64,000 nt of DNA, taken from positions 704,001 through 768,000 of the forward strand of contig CAWEJX010000007.1 of the NCBI GenBank assembly GCA_963809485.1, written 5' to 3'. The DNA is from an uncultured Acidobacteriota bacterium (GTDB taxonomy: Bacteria > Acidobacteriota > UBA6911). Positions 10,473 through 19,565 of this stretch are shown in pieces. The position numbers and the translations under genes were made by a program. The notes beneath the pieces were generated by a model. That model did not search any database and was not told the DNA's origin. It saw only the letters and a program-made list of their open reading frames with translations. Each line of letters starts with the position of its first letter. Positions within the stretch are counted from its first letter, which is position 1.

Positions 10473-11822
10473 ATGGCCAGCAAGGCACGGCGCGATTGGT
10501 CGGAGTGGGCGGATTGGATCCGGGAAAGAGACGATCCCAAAATTGCACATACAAAACCTGAAGCACTGGACGACATCATAGTGCTGGACCTGAGTTCCAA
10601 AAACTTTGGCGGATGCGCCTGCTCCACGGCGCTGTCCGAATTCGGCGCAAAAGTTTTGAGGATTGAACCCCCGGAGGGCGATTTCATCCGGACCTGCACG
10701 CCCTACGGATTCCTGCACCAGGGCGAAGGATTGAATTACCTGACCGAGGGCAGGAACAAACTGCACATCACCCTGGACCTGGAAAAGCCGCAGGCAAGGG
10801 AGATGCTCAAGGAGCTTGTGTACAAGGCGGATGTCCTCATCGAAACCTACAAACCCGGAACGATGGAGGCATGGGGCCTGGGATATGAGCAGCTGAAAAC
10901 GGTCAACCCGGGGCTTATCTATGCCTCCCTTACCGGCTACGGAGTGTTCGGCCCCATGAGCCGGAGCCGCATGCCCGACTACGACAATGTCGCCCAGGCC
11001 AGGTCCGGATTCCAGTACGACACCGGTGAGCGGCTGCCGGCCGGCAAAACCATAGACGACTGCCCCTGGGCGATCCCCACAAAGTCCGGTCCCTGGATCG
11101 CCTGGTGCATGTCGGGAACATTCATGGCTATGGGGATCCTGGCTGCACTGCACTGGAAGTTCCGCACGGGCGAGGGACAAGCTCTGGAAATCGCCACCGC
11201 GGAAGCCTACGCCCGTATCGACGATTTCGTCGCGCTCTGGTACGAGCACGAAGGCCGCATCAACGAACGTTTCGGCAACCTGGACACCGCCATCTGGCTT
11301 TACTGCTTTGCGCCCACGCGGGACGGAGCCGTCTTTTTAGGCGGCCTGAGGCTGGAGATGTGGCAGGCTTTCGCGGATATGATCGGCAAGTGGGACGAAT
11401 GGGGAGCCGCCGGCTGGACCAGCATCGCGCCATTCACCCGCGAGGAAGAACAGCTCAAATGGTCCGCCATGATCTTCGAGGAAACGCGCAAGTACACCAG
11501 CGACGAGCTTCTGAACATGTCCCTGGAATATTCCAAACACGGACGCCTGGCGCCGATAACGTGCGTGGTGGCGGCCGTACTGCCTCCCGAAGAAGCCATC
11601 AAGGATCCCAACTGGCTCGACCGCGGCATCTTCACGCCCGTTCAGGATCCGGTCTACGGAGAGATCGTTGCCGCGCAGGCGCAATATAAATTGACCGAAA
11701 CCCCAATCCGGGTCCGTTGGGTGTGCCGCCCTGTCGGCTACGACAACGAGTCTGTCTACTCGCAATACCTGGGGCTCGATGCTTCCCGGATTATGGATTT
11801 AAAAAGGGAAGGTGTAATTTAG
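10473..11822 (+). CDS. CoA-transferase family III (CaiB/BaiF), second subunit
   Basis: FGAKVLRIEPPEGD, ADVLIETYKPG, ASLTGYGVFGP, GEGQALE. Confidence 0.9.
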   Translation: MASKARRDWSEWADWIRERDDPKIAHTKPEALDDIIVLDLSSKNFGGCACSTALSEFGAKVLRIEPPEGDFIRTCTPYGFLHQGEGLNYLTEGRNKLHITLDLEKPQAREMLKELVYKADVLIETYKPGTMEAWGLGYEQLKTVNPGLIYASLTGYGVFGPMSRSRMPDYDNVAQARSGFQYDTGERLPAGKTIDDCPWAIPTKSGPWIAWCMSGTFMAMGILAALHWKFRTGEGQALEIATAEAYARIDDFVALWYEHEGRINERFGNLDTAIWLYCFAPTRDGAVFLGGLRLEMWQAFADMIGKWDEWGAAGWTSIAPFTREEEQLKWSAMIFEETRKYTSDELLNMSLEYSKHGRLAPITCVVAAVLPPEEAIKDPNWLDRGIFTPVQDPVYGEIVAAQAQYKLTETPIRVRWVCRPVGYDNESVYSQYLGLDASRIMDLKREGVI

Positions 11823-11827
11823 AGCTA

Positions 11828-12423
11828 TAACGCTGACGGACGCTGAAAAAACGCTGACATACGCTGACACAAAAAAATTTATAGATATATTTTTTCAGCG
11901 TATGTCAGCGTTTCCGTCGGCGTAGGTCAGCGTATAATAGCGGAGCGGCCTTCATTAAAGCCTTGGATGTTGCCGAACTTCATGGCATTTCGCGCCCGTT
12001 GATGAATCACCCGTTTTCTTTGAAGTGCTTCCGGATAATTTTACCCACATCAGGCGGATATTCCGCTTTTCCGACACTGACGGACGCTGAGAGAAGCGCT
12101 GACAAACGCTGACTCAAAAAAATTTATAGATATATTTTTTCAGCGTATGTCAGCGTTCCGTCGGCGTAGGTCAGCGTATAATAGCGGAGCGGCCTTCATT
12201 AAAGCCTTGGATGTTGCCGAACTTCATGGCATTTCGCGCCCGTTGATGAATCACCCGTTTTCTTTGAAGTGCTTCCGGATAATTTTACCCACATCAGGCG
12301 GATATTCCGCTTTTCCGACACTGACGGACGCTGAGAGAAGCGCTGACAAACGCTGACTCAAAAAAATTTATAGATATATTTTTTCAGCGTATGTCAGCGT
12401 TTCTGTCGGCGTCCGTCAGCGTT
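11828..12423. repeat. Three ACGCYGAC elements separated by two ~140-bp diverged copies of the iorB 3' end (244-245 bp tandem unit)
   Basis: Elements at about 11828-11934, 12076-12178 and 12320-12423. Spacers 11936-12078 and 12180-12322 match iorB 12425-12461 joined to 12582-12692. Confidence 0.9.
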
Positions 12424-13015
12424 CAATAGCGGAGCGGCCTTCATTAAAGGCCTGGATGTTGATCTCGTGCAGCCGGGCGGGCAGCATCTCCCTGATGGCT
12501 TCGATCCACTGCCCGGCGTTCAGCTCGGGGAAGAATCCCGATACGGCGCCGAGGATGACAACGTTCGCTACCTGGATGTTGCCGAGCTTCCTGGCGATTT
12601 CCCGCCCGTTGACGACCCACACGTTTTCTTTGAAGTGCTTCCGGAAAATTTTCTCCACATCCGGCGGATACTCCGCTTTGCCGAGGCTGACGGTCGGGGG
12701 AAGGATCTTCTGGTTGTTGAGGATCACTTTGCCGTCGGGCTTCAGCCAGTTCAGGTAGCGCAAGGCCTCCAGAAGCTCGAAGGAGATGAGGTAATCCGCG
12801 TCCCCCTGCTTGATGAGGGGCGAGTGCACCTTCCGGCCGAAGCGGAAGTGCGTCGTGACGTCGCCGCCGCGCTGGGCCATGCCGTGGACTTCCGCCTTCT
12901 TCACGTCATAGCCGGCATTGAGCAAAACCTGGCCGAGGATATTGCTCGCGAGGATGGTGCCCTGTCCTCCCACGCCTGAAAGAAATATGTTTCTGGTCCT
13001 GCCGTCATTGGACAT
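12416..13015 (-). CDS. iorB: Indolepyruvate ferredoxin oxidoreductase subunit beta
   Basis: GVGGQGTILAS, EVHGMAQRGGDV, SPLIKQGDADYL, NVVILGA. RBS GAGGAG. The final ER* is encoded by a repeat arm. Confidence 0.93.
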   Translation of the reverse strand: MSNDGRTRNIFLSGVGGQGTILASNILGQVLLNAGYDVKKAEVHGMAQRGGDVTTHFRFGRKVHSPLIKQGDADYLISFELLEALRYLNWLKPDGKVILNNQKILPPTVSLGKAEYPPDVEKIFRKHFKENVWVVNGREIARKLGNIQVANVVILGAVSGFFPELNAGQWIEAIREMLPARLHEINIQAFNEGRSAIER

Positions 13016-13025
13016 AGTCTCCTCC

Positions 13026-14846
13026 TCACTCTTCACGCGGCATGATGCTTTCAAATTCGCAGACCTGCGTGCACACGCCGCAGCCGACGCACTGGTCCTC
13101 ATTGATGAAGGCCGTGCCCTTTCTCTTGCGGCCGCTGCGGGTAACCCCCTCACCCGCCTGGAAGCTTATGGACGGGCAGTTGATGTCCAGGCACAGTTTG
13201 CACCCCATGCAGTTATCCTCGTTGATCCTGTAGGACCGGTGGCTGAAGCGCTCGAGCGGCCGGGCCCTGCGCAGCAGCATGCAGGGGCTGTTTTGAGTGA
13301 TGATGACGGACGCGGCGTCCCGGTTCACTTCCTCGCGGATCACCTCCATGGTTTCCTTGATATTGTAAGGGTCCACCATCCTCACGTGCTGGACCCCGAC
13401 TGCCTTCGCCAGCTGCTCGTAGTCGACCGTCGTCGCCGGGTCGCCCTTGATGGTGTGCCCTGTACCCGGGTGCTCCTGCTGCCCCGTCATCGCCGTAATG
13501 CGGTTGTCCAGGATGATCGTAGTGGAGTAGCCGCCGTTATAAACGGCATCCATGAGCGGGCCGATGCCGCCGTGCAGGAAAGTCGAATCGCCCAGAACGG
13601 CGCACAGTTTGCCCAGTCCCTCGCTCCCCAGCGCCTTGCCCGCGCCATAGGCTCCGCCTATGCCGGCGCCCATGCAGGTGGAGGCGTGCATGGCGGAAAG
13701 CGGCGGCGCGACAGCCAGGCCGTAGCAGCCGATGTCGCCGAAGACGAAGAGGCGCAGTTTTTTCAGCGCGTAAAACAGCGGCCGGTGAGAGCACCCGGCA
13801 CACAGGTTCGGCGGCCTCTGAGGCAGGTCCTGAGTCTGTATGCGCGGTTTGGCGGGCTTGTAGCTTTTGCGCGTCACGGGCTTCGACAGCGATTTTTCCA
13901 GAATGCCCGGCGTCAGTTCGCCGATGGCCGGGATGAGATCCTTCCCGTGCCACACCTTGTATCCCATTGCGCGGATCTCTGTTTCAAAGAAAGTATCCAG
14001 CTCCTCGACTATAATCACTTTTTTGACTTTGCTGAAAAACTCCGCAATCAGCTTGCGCGGCATGGGCCACACCATGCCGAGCTTCAGGAAGGAATACCGG
14101 GGAAAGAGCTCTTTGGCATACAGGCAGGACACGCCCGCGGAAATGAACCCGATGGACGGATCGTTGATCTCCATCGTGTTGCAGGGGAACTCCTCGTCCG
14201 CGTAGGCTGCCAGCTTGCCGATGCGCTCCTCGACGAAAACCCGCCGGACCCTTGCGTACATGGGCACCATGACATTTTTGGGCGTAAGGCTTCGGTCGAG
14301 CCCCCTGGGCATGGCCGACTCCTTCCTCTCTTCCAGCTCGACCGGGGAGTCGCAGTGCGAGACCCGGGTCTCGGTCCGCACCAGTACCGGCGTGTCGAAC
14401 CGTTCGCTGATGTCAAAGGCGATCTTCGTGAACTCCTTGCACTCCTGCGAGTCGGCGGGTTCGAGCATGGGCACTTTGCCGAAGCGCGTCCAGTGCCTGC
14501 TGTCCTGCTCGTTCTGGGAGCTGTGCTGCCCGGGATCGTCCGCCACGACGATGACGAAGCCTCCCCGGACGCCGGTGTAGGAGATGGTCATGAGCGGATC
14601 GGCCGCAACATTCAGGCCGACATGTTTCATGCAGGCGATCGCGCGGCCCCCCGCGAGCGAAGCGCCGTGCGCCACTTCCACCGCTACTTTTTCGTTGGGA
14701 GACCATTCCGTATAAACTTCTTTGTATCCCGCCAGTTCGGCCATGATTTCGCTGCTGGGAGTCCCGGGATAGGCGCACCCGACGGCGGCGCCCGCCTCCC
14801 ACGCTCCCCTGGCAATAGCCGCATTGCCCTGAAGTATCTTCTTCAT
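13026..14846 (-). CDS. iorA: Indolepyruvate ferredoxin oxidoreductase subunit alpha
   Basis: GNAAIARGA, AYPGTPSSEI, MKHVGLNVAAD, HSSQNEQDSR, CAGCSHR, GDIGCY, GDSTFLHGG, C-terminal 2x[4Fe-4S] motifs. Confidence 0.95.
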   Translation of the reverse strand: MKKILQGNAAIARGAWEAGAAVGCAYPGTPSSEIMAELAGYKEVYTEWSPNEKVAVEVAHGASLAGGRAIACMKHVGLNVAADPLMTISYTGVRGGFVIVVADDPGQHSSQNEQDSRHWTRFGKVPMLEPADSQECKEFTKIAFDISERFDTPVLVRTETRVSHCDSPVELEERKESAMPRGLDRSLTPKNVMVPMYARVRRVFVEERIGKLAAYADEEFPCNTMEINDPSIGFISAGVSCLYAKELFPRYSFLKLGMVWPMPRKLIAEFFSKVKKVIIVEELDTFFETEIRAMGYKVWHGKDLIPAIGELTPGILEKSLSKPVTRKSYKPAKPRIQTQDLPQRPPNLCAGCSHRPLFYALKKLRLFVFGDIGCYGLAVAPPLSAMHASTCMGAGIGGAYGAGKALGSEGLGKLCAVLGDSTFLHGGIGPLMDAVYNGGYSTTIILDNRITAMTGQQEHPGTGHTIKGDPATTVDYEQLAKAVGVQHVRMVDPYNIKETMEVIREEVNRDAASVIITQNSPCMLLRRARPLERFSHRSYRINEDNCMGCKLCLDINCPSISFQAGEGVTRSGRKRKGTAFINEDQCVGCGVCTQVCEFESIMPREE

Positions 14847-14936
14847 GCTGCCTCCTGAATTCCTTCCTGACCCGCTCACAAAAAGCAGAAGTATATATCA
14901 TCTCCGCCCGCTGTTTGATGGGGAAACTTCGATTAC

Positions 14937-15332
14937 ATTGGTAAACCCCCGGCTCTGCCGGGAGACTCAAAGAGTTTGGCAGCTCCGTATTTTGAAACGC
15001 TGAGAAACGCTGATAAAAGCGCTGACAAACGCGGATTTATTCGGCGAGGGTCGGCGAGCAAAAGCCGATGAGGCGCTTCCGATGGAGTTTTCTGCGGCGG
15101 CACTGTGGCAAACGCCCGGTTTCTCATACCCTTCATCTCCTTGCCGCACGGCGCTTGCCACAGTGCCGCCGCAGAAAACTGTCCAGCGCGGAGCGCTGGC
15201 CTCTGCGGGAATCGGAAGCGCCTCATCGGCTTTTGCCCGCGTAAGTCAGCGTTCAAGACCGGCGTAACTAGTCCAACCGCTTTGAGCGGTTCAAATCTTT
15301 CAAGCCTCCGGCTTTGCCGGAGGTACCGGACT
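14937..15332. mobile_element. IS200/IS605-like MITE (no transposase) containing ACGCYGAC arms and a nested long hairpin
   Basis: Left hairpin CCCCGGCTCTGCCGGG. Right-end hairpins AACCGCTTTGAGCGGTT and CCTCCGGCTTTGCCGGAGG. Related copies at 21404, 51147 and 52482. Family assignment is by resemblance only. Confidence 0.6.
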
Positions 15333-15473
15333 CTTTGGGGCCGAATTGTTCAGGCGCGAACTTTCAAAGGAAAGCATTTCTGTGCTTGGAAGCGCGGGCT
15401 GCAGGGTAGTAAGCTAGGGCTCAAACGACCCTTACACAAAATGTCCGAAGAACGACTTGGGAAGGGAGGATGT

Positions 15474-16610
15474 ATGAAGCAGAATCCGTCAAGGAGGAAG
15501 TTTATACAGGCGGGACTGATGCTGCCTGCAACCAGCCTGATTTCCTCGCGCATCCCGGAACCATTCCTATCGCCGCCGCCTGGAGTGGTTTACCGGACCC
15601 TGGGAAAAACCGGAATAAAAGTGTCGGGCGTCGGCTGCGGCGCCGGCGGAGTCCCCGATCCGGATATCCTGGCGCGCGCCTACGACCTGGGCGTCAACTA
15701 CTTCGACACGGCGCGGATTTACGGGCAAGGGAAGAGCGAACAGATTTTGGGCAGGTTCCTCAAAGGGAAAAGAGACAAAGTCATACTGGCAAGCAAGACC
15801 TATTCGAACACCAAAGAGACAATTCTGGCGGACATCGAAACCAGCCTGACAACCCTCGGGACGGATTATCTGGATATCTATCACCAGCACTCCAGGCACA
15901 CGCCCAAGGAAATCACCGACGAAATGATCGAAACCATGGTGCTGGTCAAGAAGCAGGGCAAAGCACGCTTCATCGGTGTCAGCACCCACGATCCGAACGC
16001 CATGGTGGATTTTATCCTCAATACCGGCAAATTCGACGCGGTTCAGACCACCTACAGCTATGCCATTGGTGCGCCTTACAGGGACGCCGCGATTGCAAAA
16101 CTTCACGACGCCGGCCTCGGAGTCATAGCCATGAAGGTCGTGATAGCGACGGCCACACCCAAGGGAGACAAGGGCAACCACCTGACCAACGAGGGCGGCC
16201 TCGCAGCCATCAAGTGGGTCCTGCGCAATCCGGCAATTTCCACCACCGTGCCCTGGGCGGAAACTATCGAGGAAGTCGAGATGAACTTCCGGGCCATGTC
16301 GGAGACCTTCACCCCCGAGGATGAGAAGATACTGTTTACGCGCAGCGAACAGATACGCGAGCTTTACTGCCGCATGTGCTTTGAGTGCAAGGGGAAGTGC
16401 CCCAAGGGCGTGCCGGTCGCCGATGAGCTGCGCATGCTGGCTTACAACGACTTTGCCGGCCACTTCCACCAGGCCCGGGAGAGCTTCTGGGATCTGCCGA
16501 GGGAGGTACGCAACGTGCGCTGCAGCGACTGCGCCGAATGCGTTATTCAATGCCCGAACGGCGTCAAGGTCCGCGACCGGCTGATCCGCGCGCAGGAGCT
16601 TCTGGCCTAG
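15474..16610 (+). CDS. Aldo/keto reductase with Tat-like signal and C-terminal 4Fe-4S domain
   Basis: SRRKFIQAG, YRTLGKTG, GVNYFDTARIYG, GKARFIGVSTH, GVIAMK, YCRMCFECKGKCP and CSDCAECVIQCP. RBS GGAGG. Confidence 0.9.
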   Translation: MKQNPSRRKFIQAGLMLPATSLISSRIPEPFLSPPPGVVYRTLGKTGIKVSGVGCGAGGVPDPDILARAYDLGVNYFDTARIYGQGKSEQILGRFLKGKRDKVILASKTYSNTKETILADIETSLTTLGTDYLDIYHQHSRHTPKEITDEMIETMVLVKKQGKARFIGVSTHDPNAMVDFILNTGKFDAVQTTYSYAIGAPYRDAAIAKLHDAGLGVIAMKVVIATATPKGDKGNHLTNEGGLAAIKWVLRNPAISTTVPWAETIEEVEMNFRAMSETFTPEDEKILFTRSEQIRELYCRMCFECKGKCPKGVPVADELRMLAYNDFAGHFHQARESFWDLPREVRNVRCSDCAECVIQCPNGVKVRDRLIRAQELLA

Positions 16611-16613
16611 CAT

Positions 16614-16709
16614 TAACGCTGATAGACGCCGACAGAACGCTGACATACGCTGAAAAAAATATTGATTCTCAGCGTAAGTCAGCGCTTTTGTCGGCGTTCG
16701 TCAGCGTTA
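16614..16709. repeat. ACGCYGAC palindromic element (full)
   Basis: Lies between two convergent stops (16610, 16715). Four units per arm. Confidence 0.92.
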
Positions 16710-16714
16710 CAGGA

Positions 16715-18352
16715 TCATTGAGCCACTCCCAAGGTTTTTCTGGACGCCCGATGCAAGGCGATCACCAGCGCTCCCAGGCCGATGAGGATCAGCAGGAAAT
16801 TGAGAATACCTCCGATATAGGGCAGGTTTACGGCAACAAGAACGGCGGCGAGCCCCACCAGAAGGGCAAGCACCGTACCCCATTTCTCTCCTTCTTTGGT
16901 TCCCATAATCACGCTGCCAACGCATTTGGCGACTACAATCTTAGCAAGATACAGGCATAGCAGCCAGAGCACAAAGGCGACGACGGCAACGGGAATTCCG
17001 ATGACCGTAATCGCCAGTATGATCGCGGCTACGGGCACCGCGACCAGGGCCAGGAACCCGATGCCGCCGGAAACCGAGACATCGCGCACGGTGGAGAGCG
17101 GGACGCGGCCGAGGTTGGGGAACAGCAGGATCAGCACAATGCCCGTAACGAACATGGCGCCGAGCCGAAGCAGTTGCCTCATGTAGAAACGAAAAGTCCG
17201 GTACCGGCTCGGCTTTGGTTCGGCGATTTTTGTTGTCTTCTTGCCTCCGATGGTCACAGCCGGATCGATCTGGACATTCTTTTCGGCCTTTACCTCTACG
17301 TTCAGGTCGCGGCCTATGGCTGAAGGCGTGCGGACCAGAAGCCTTCCTCCACGGAAACTGAGGTCGCGCCCGATCCTGCTCCCGACATCCAAGCCTCCGG
17401 CGAAAACCAGGAGATCGCGGCCGATATCGCTGCTGACATCGGCTTCACTGCCGAAAAGCACGGCATCCTTATCCAGCCTGGCGCCGGAGCCGACGAGCAG
17501 GGTCTGGCCAAATCCCCACAGATTGCCGCCGACATGCCCGTTTGCCTGGACCGTCTGGCCGAAGGCGAAAATGTCTCCCTGCACGTTTCCGGTGACGTCG
17601 ACTCTGGTGCCGAAGCCGATAAGGTTTCCCTGCACGGTCCCCTGCACGTTGACCTGACGCGCGAACGCGATCACGTCACCGGTCACCGTTCCGCGGATGT
17701 TGACAAATTGGCCCGCAACCACCAGCGTATCGTCGACGACCTCGCCGGGTCCCACGGTGATGCTTCCCATGTCCTTTTTTGCATTGCGGATTTCGACGGC
17801 GTAGCCCGGCAGGGCGAGAACCAGCATCAGCGACACCAGGCTGAAAACACCGGTTGCGCCTATTTTCCGGCGGGCCAGAGCAATCATGCCGAAGACCGCA
17901 AGCAGGCCGAGGACCGCAGCCCCTGCCTGGTTCACGAGAGACGTAATCATGGAACCTCCTTCATCGATCAGATAAAACAAGCCGTTGCCAACCCAATTCA
18001 ACTGCGCCGGCATCGTCAGCGGATGCAGCCAGTCCAGTCCAAGCGGCAATTCCATGCCCTGCATCAGTCCGTACCCCGCGCGCAGCAGGACGGCTGCGCT
18101 CGCCAATGCGGCGGCCACTCGGCTCATGCCGCAAAGATCGCGCACCTCCGGCCGGATGGACTCCTGCGCCACCGGTTCGAGATCGAGCCCCTGCAGGCTC
18201 TCGACCAGCGCGCGATTCTCGGCCTTCAAAGCCGCCGCCAGTTCCCGGCAGCGGGCGCACGATTCCAGGTGCAGGACCACTTCCCGCGTCCCGGCTTCGG
18301 GCAGCTCGCCGTCGGCGTATTGGGCCAGGATGAATTCATCAGGGCACTTCAT
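16715..18352 (-). CDS. Zinc-finger anti-sigma factor fused to bactofilin-like (polymer-forming) repeats and a C-terminal multi-pass membrane domain
   Basis: N-terminal C...YADGEL..HLESCARC (ZAS/zf-HC2), TM segments, G.V.GD/G.V.GN repeats, hydrophobic C-terminus. Confidence 0.8.
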   Translation of the reverse strand: MKCPDEFILAQYADGELPEAGTREVVLHLESCARCRELAAALKAENRALVESLQGLDLEPVAQESIRPEVRDLCGMSRVAAALASAAVLLRAGYGLMQGMELPLGLDWLHPLTMPAQLNWVGNGLFYLIDEGGSMITSLVNQAGAAVLGLLAVFGMIALARRKIGATGVFSLVSLMLVLALPGYAVEIRNAKKDMGSITVGPGEVVDDTLVVAGQFVNIRGTVTGDVIAFARQVNVQGTVQGNLIGFGTRVDVTGNVQGDIFAFGQTVQANGHVGGNLWGFGQTLLVGSGARLDKDAVLFGSEADVSSDIGRDLLVFAGGLDVGSRIGRDLSFRGGRLLVRTPSAIGRDLNVEVKAEKNVQIDPAVTIGGKKTTKIAEPKPSRYRTFRFYMRQLLRLGAMFVTGIVLILLFPNLGRVPLSTVRDVSVSGGIGFLALVAVPVAAIILAITVIGIPVAVVAFVLWLLCLYLAKIVVAKCVGSVIMGTKEGEKWGTVLALLVGLAAVLVAVNLPYIGGILNFLLILIGLGALVIALHRASRKTLGVAQ

Positions 18353-18893
18353 GGTATTTCTCCTTGTGGAGTTTCTCTCTCATAAGCTGCTTGCCGCGGA
18401 ACAGCAGCGTGGCTACCGTATTTCTCGGGAGCTGCAGGGCGGCCGCAATTTCGTCGTAGCTGAACTCGTTGTAATAAGCCAGGACGAGAGGGATGCGGAA
18501 CTTGTCCGGCAGGGAAGCCAGGGCGCGCCGGACCGCTTCACCCTGTTCAAAGGAAAGGACTGCGCTCAGCGGGCCCGGCCGGTCGGACGAGGGCTCCGGC
18601 AGCGCCGGCCCATCCTCCCCGGGGCCGCCCTGGAGAGCCGTTGACACAAACAGCTGCCGCTCCTTCGCGCGCCGCCTCAACAGGTCCACACAGTGGTTGC
18701 TCGCGACCTTCAGGATCCAGTTCGAGAAGGGAAACGCCGGATCATAGGAATCCATTTTGCGGCGCACACGCAAAAACACTTCGTGGGCCGCATCCTGTGC
18801 GGCGTCGCGCGAATTCAACAGGTATGCGCAAAGGTTGTACACCCTGCGGTGATGCTCCCGGTAAATCGTCTCGAATTCAGGTTCCGCCGTCAT
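18339..18893 (-). CDS. ECF RNA polymerase sigma factor
   Basis: DAAQDAAHEVFLR, FSNWILKVASNHCVDLLRRR, region 4 LSYDEIA-like..TVATLLFRGK. Overlaps the anti-sigma start. Confidence 0.93.
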   Translation of the reverse strand: MTAEPEFETIYREHHRRVYNLCAYLLNSRDAAQDAAHEVFLRVRRKMDSYDPAFPFSNWILKVASNHCVDLLRRRAKERQLFVSTALQGGPGEDGPALPEPSSDRPGPLSAVLSFEQGEAVRRALASLPDKFRIPLVLAYYNEFSYDEIAAALQLPRNTVATLLFRGKQLMREKLHKEKYHEVP

Positions 18894-19006
18894 CAGCGTT
18901 TCCGCAATCCCTTACGTTCCTACGAACGGCCCTTGCATTGAGTTTCAGGAAATGTCGGTCGGCATGACCATAATAGAGGGAAGGGCAGACTAATGGTAGC
19001 GTGTCA

Positions 19007-19070
19007 GGTGGAAGGTGGAACGTGGAACGTTAGAACGTTGGAACGTTTTCACGTTGCACGTTCCACGTTT
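19007..19070. repeat. AACGTT-core heptamer array (GTGGAAC/GTTCCAC), inverted halves
   Basis: GGTGGAAGGTGGAACGTGGAACGTTAGAACGTTGGAACGTTTTCACGTTGCACGTTCCACGTTT. Abuts the stop of the 19071 ORF. Confidence 0.8.
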
Positions 19071-19343
19071 TCAGTTAGGGCGCTGCTTTTCGGGGCGGGC
19101 GGGCTCTTCGGTCTCCCTGCGGCGCTTCGGGCGGTCTTCCTTGCGCGGCGTTTTCAAGGCGGCTTTCTCTTCATTGCTGATCCCGTCCGCAAACGGGCGG
19201 ATGGCATCCGGACCGGCTTCCCGACTTATGTGCCGGTGCTGAGTTTTGGTTTTGGCCACCAGTTCGGCAAACAGCAAAAAAACCACCGCAAGCCCGAGAA
19301 GGATCATTCCTCCGCCCAGCAGAATATACGTGAGCCAGTTCAT
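19071..19343 (-). CDS. Small hypothetical membrane protein
   Basis: N-terminal hydrophobic helix, charged tail, GAAGGGGG RBS-like sequence upstream. Confidence 0.5.
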   Translation of the reverse strand: MNWLTYILLGGGMILLGLAVVFLLFAELVAKTKTQHRHISREAGPDAIRPFADGISNEEKAALKTPRKEDRPKRRRETEEPARPEKQRPN

Positions 19344-19565
19344 GCCGCTTCCCCCTTCGGATTTCTCAGGATCTGGAATAATGGAATTCGAGAAACCTAA
19401 TCAGCTATTCCAAAATTACCAAAGGGTTTGCGCGGCGGTTGTCAAATCTCTGTCAACAATTGTCAAACTCGATCCGGAGCCTTACGGCTCCTGCCATCTG
19501 CGATGCTGTCCATTGGGCCAAAAGGCATGAGACAGGGAACCGGCATCTGGTACTATATTGCCGCG

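Noticed and set aside
9069-11249. Long antisense ORFs (e.g. 9069-11249, 12918-14858, 26453-28219, 54894-56570, 786-2042)
   Set aside because: Shadow frames of well-supported high-GC genes on the opposite strand, with no recognisable motifs.
11828-12423. CRISPR array or DGR template repeat
   Set aside because: The spacers are identical to each other and ~140 bp long. Differences from iorB are not adenine-specific. No cas or reverse transcriptase gene is in the window.
15105-15473. Long N-terminal extension of the AKR (similarly amrS from 22716, EamA from 19428, qor from 31257)
   Set aside because: The extensions run through repeats or intergenic DNA. Downstream ATGs coincide with the family N-termini, some with a clear RBS.
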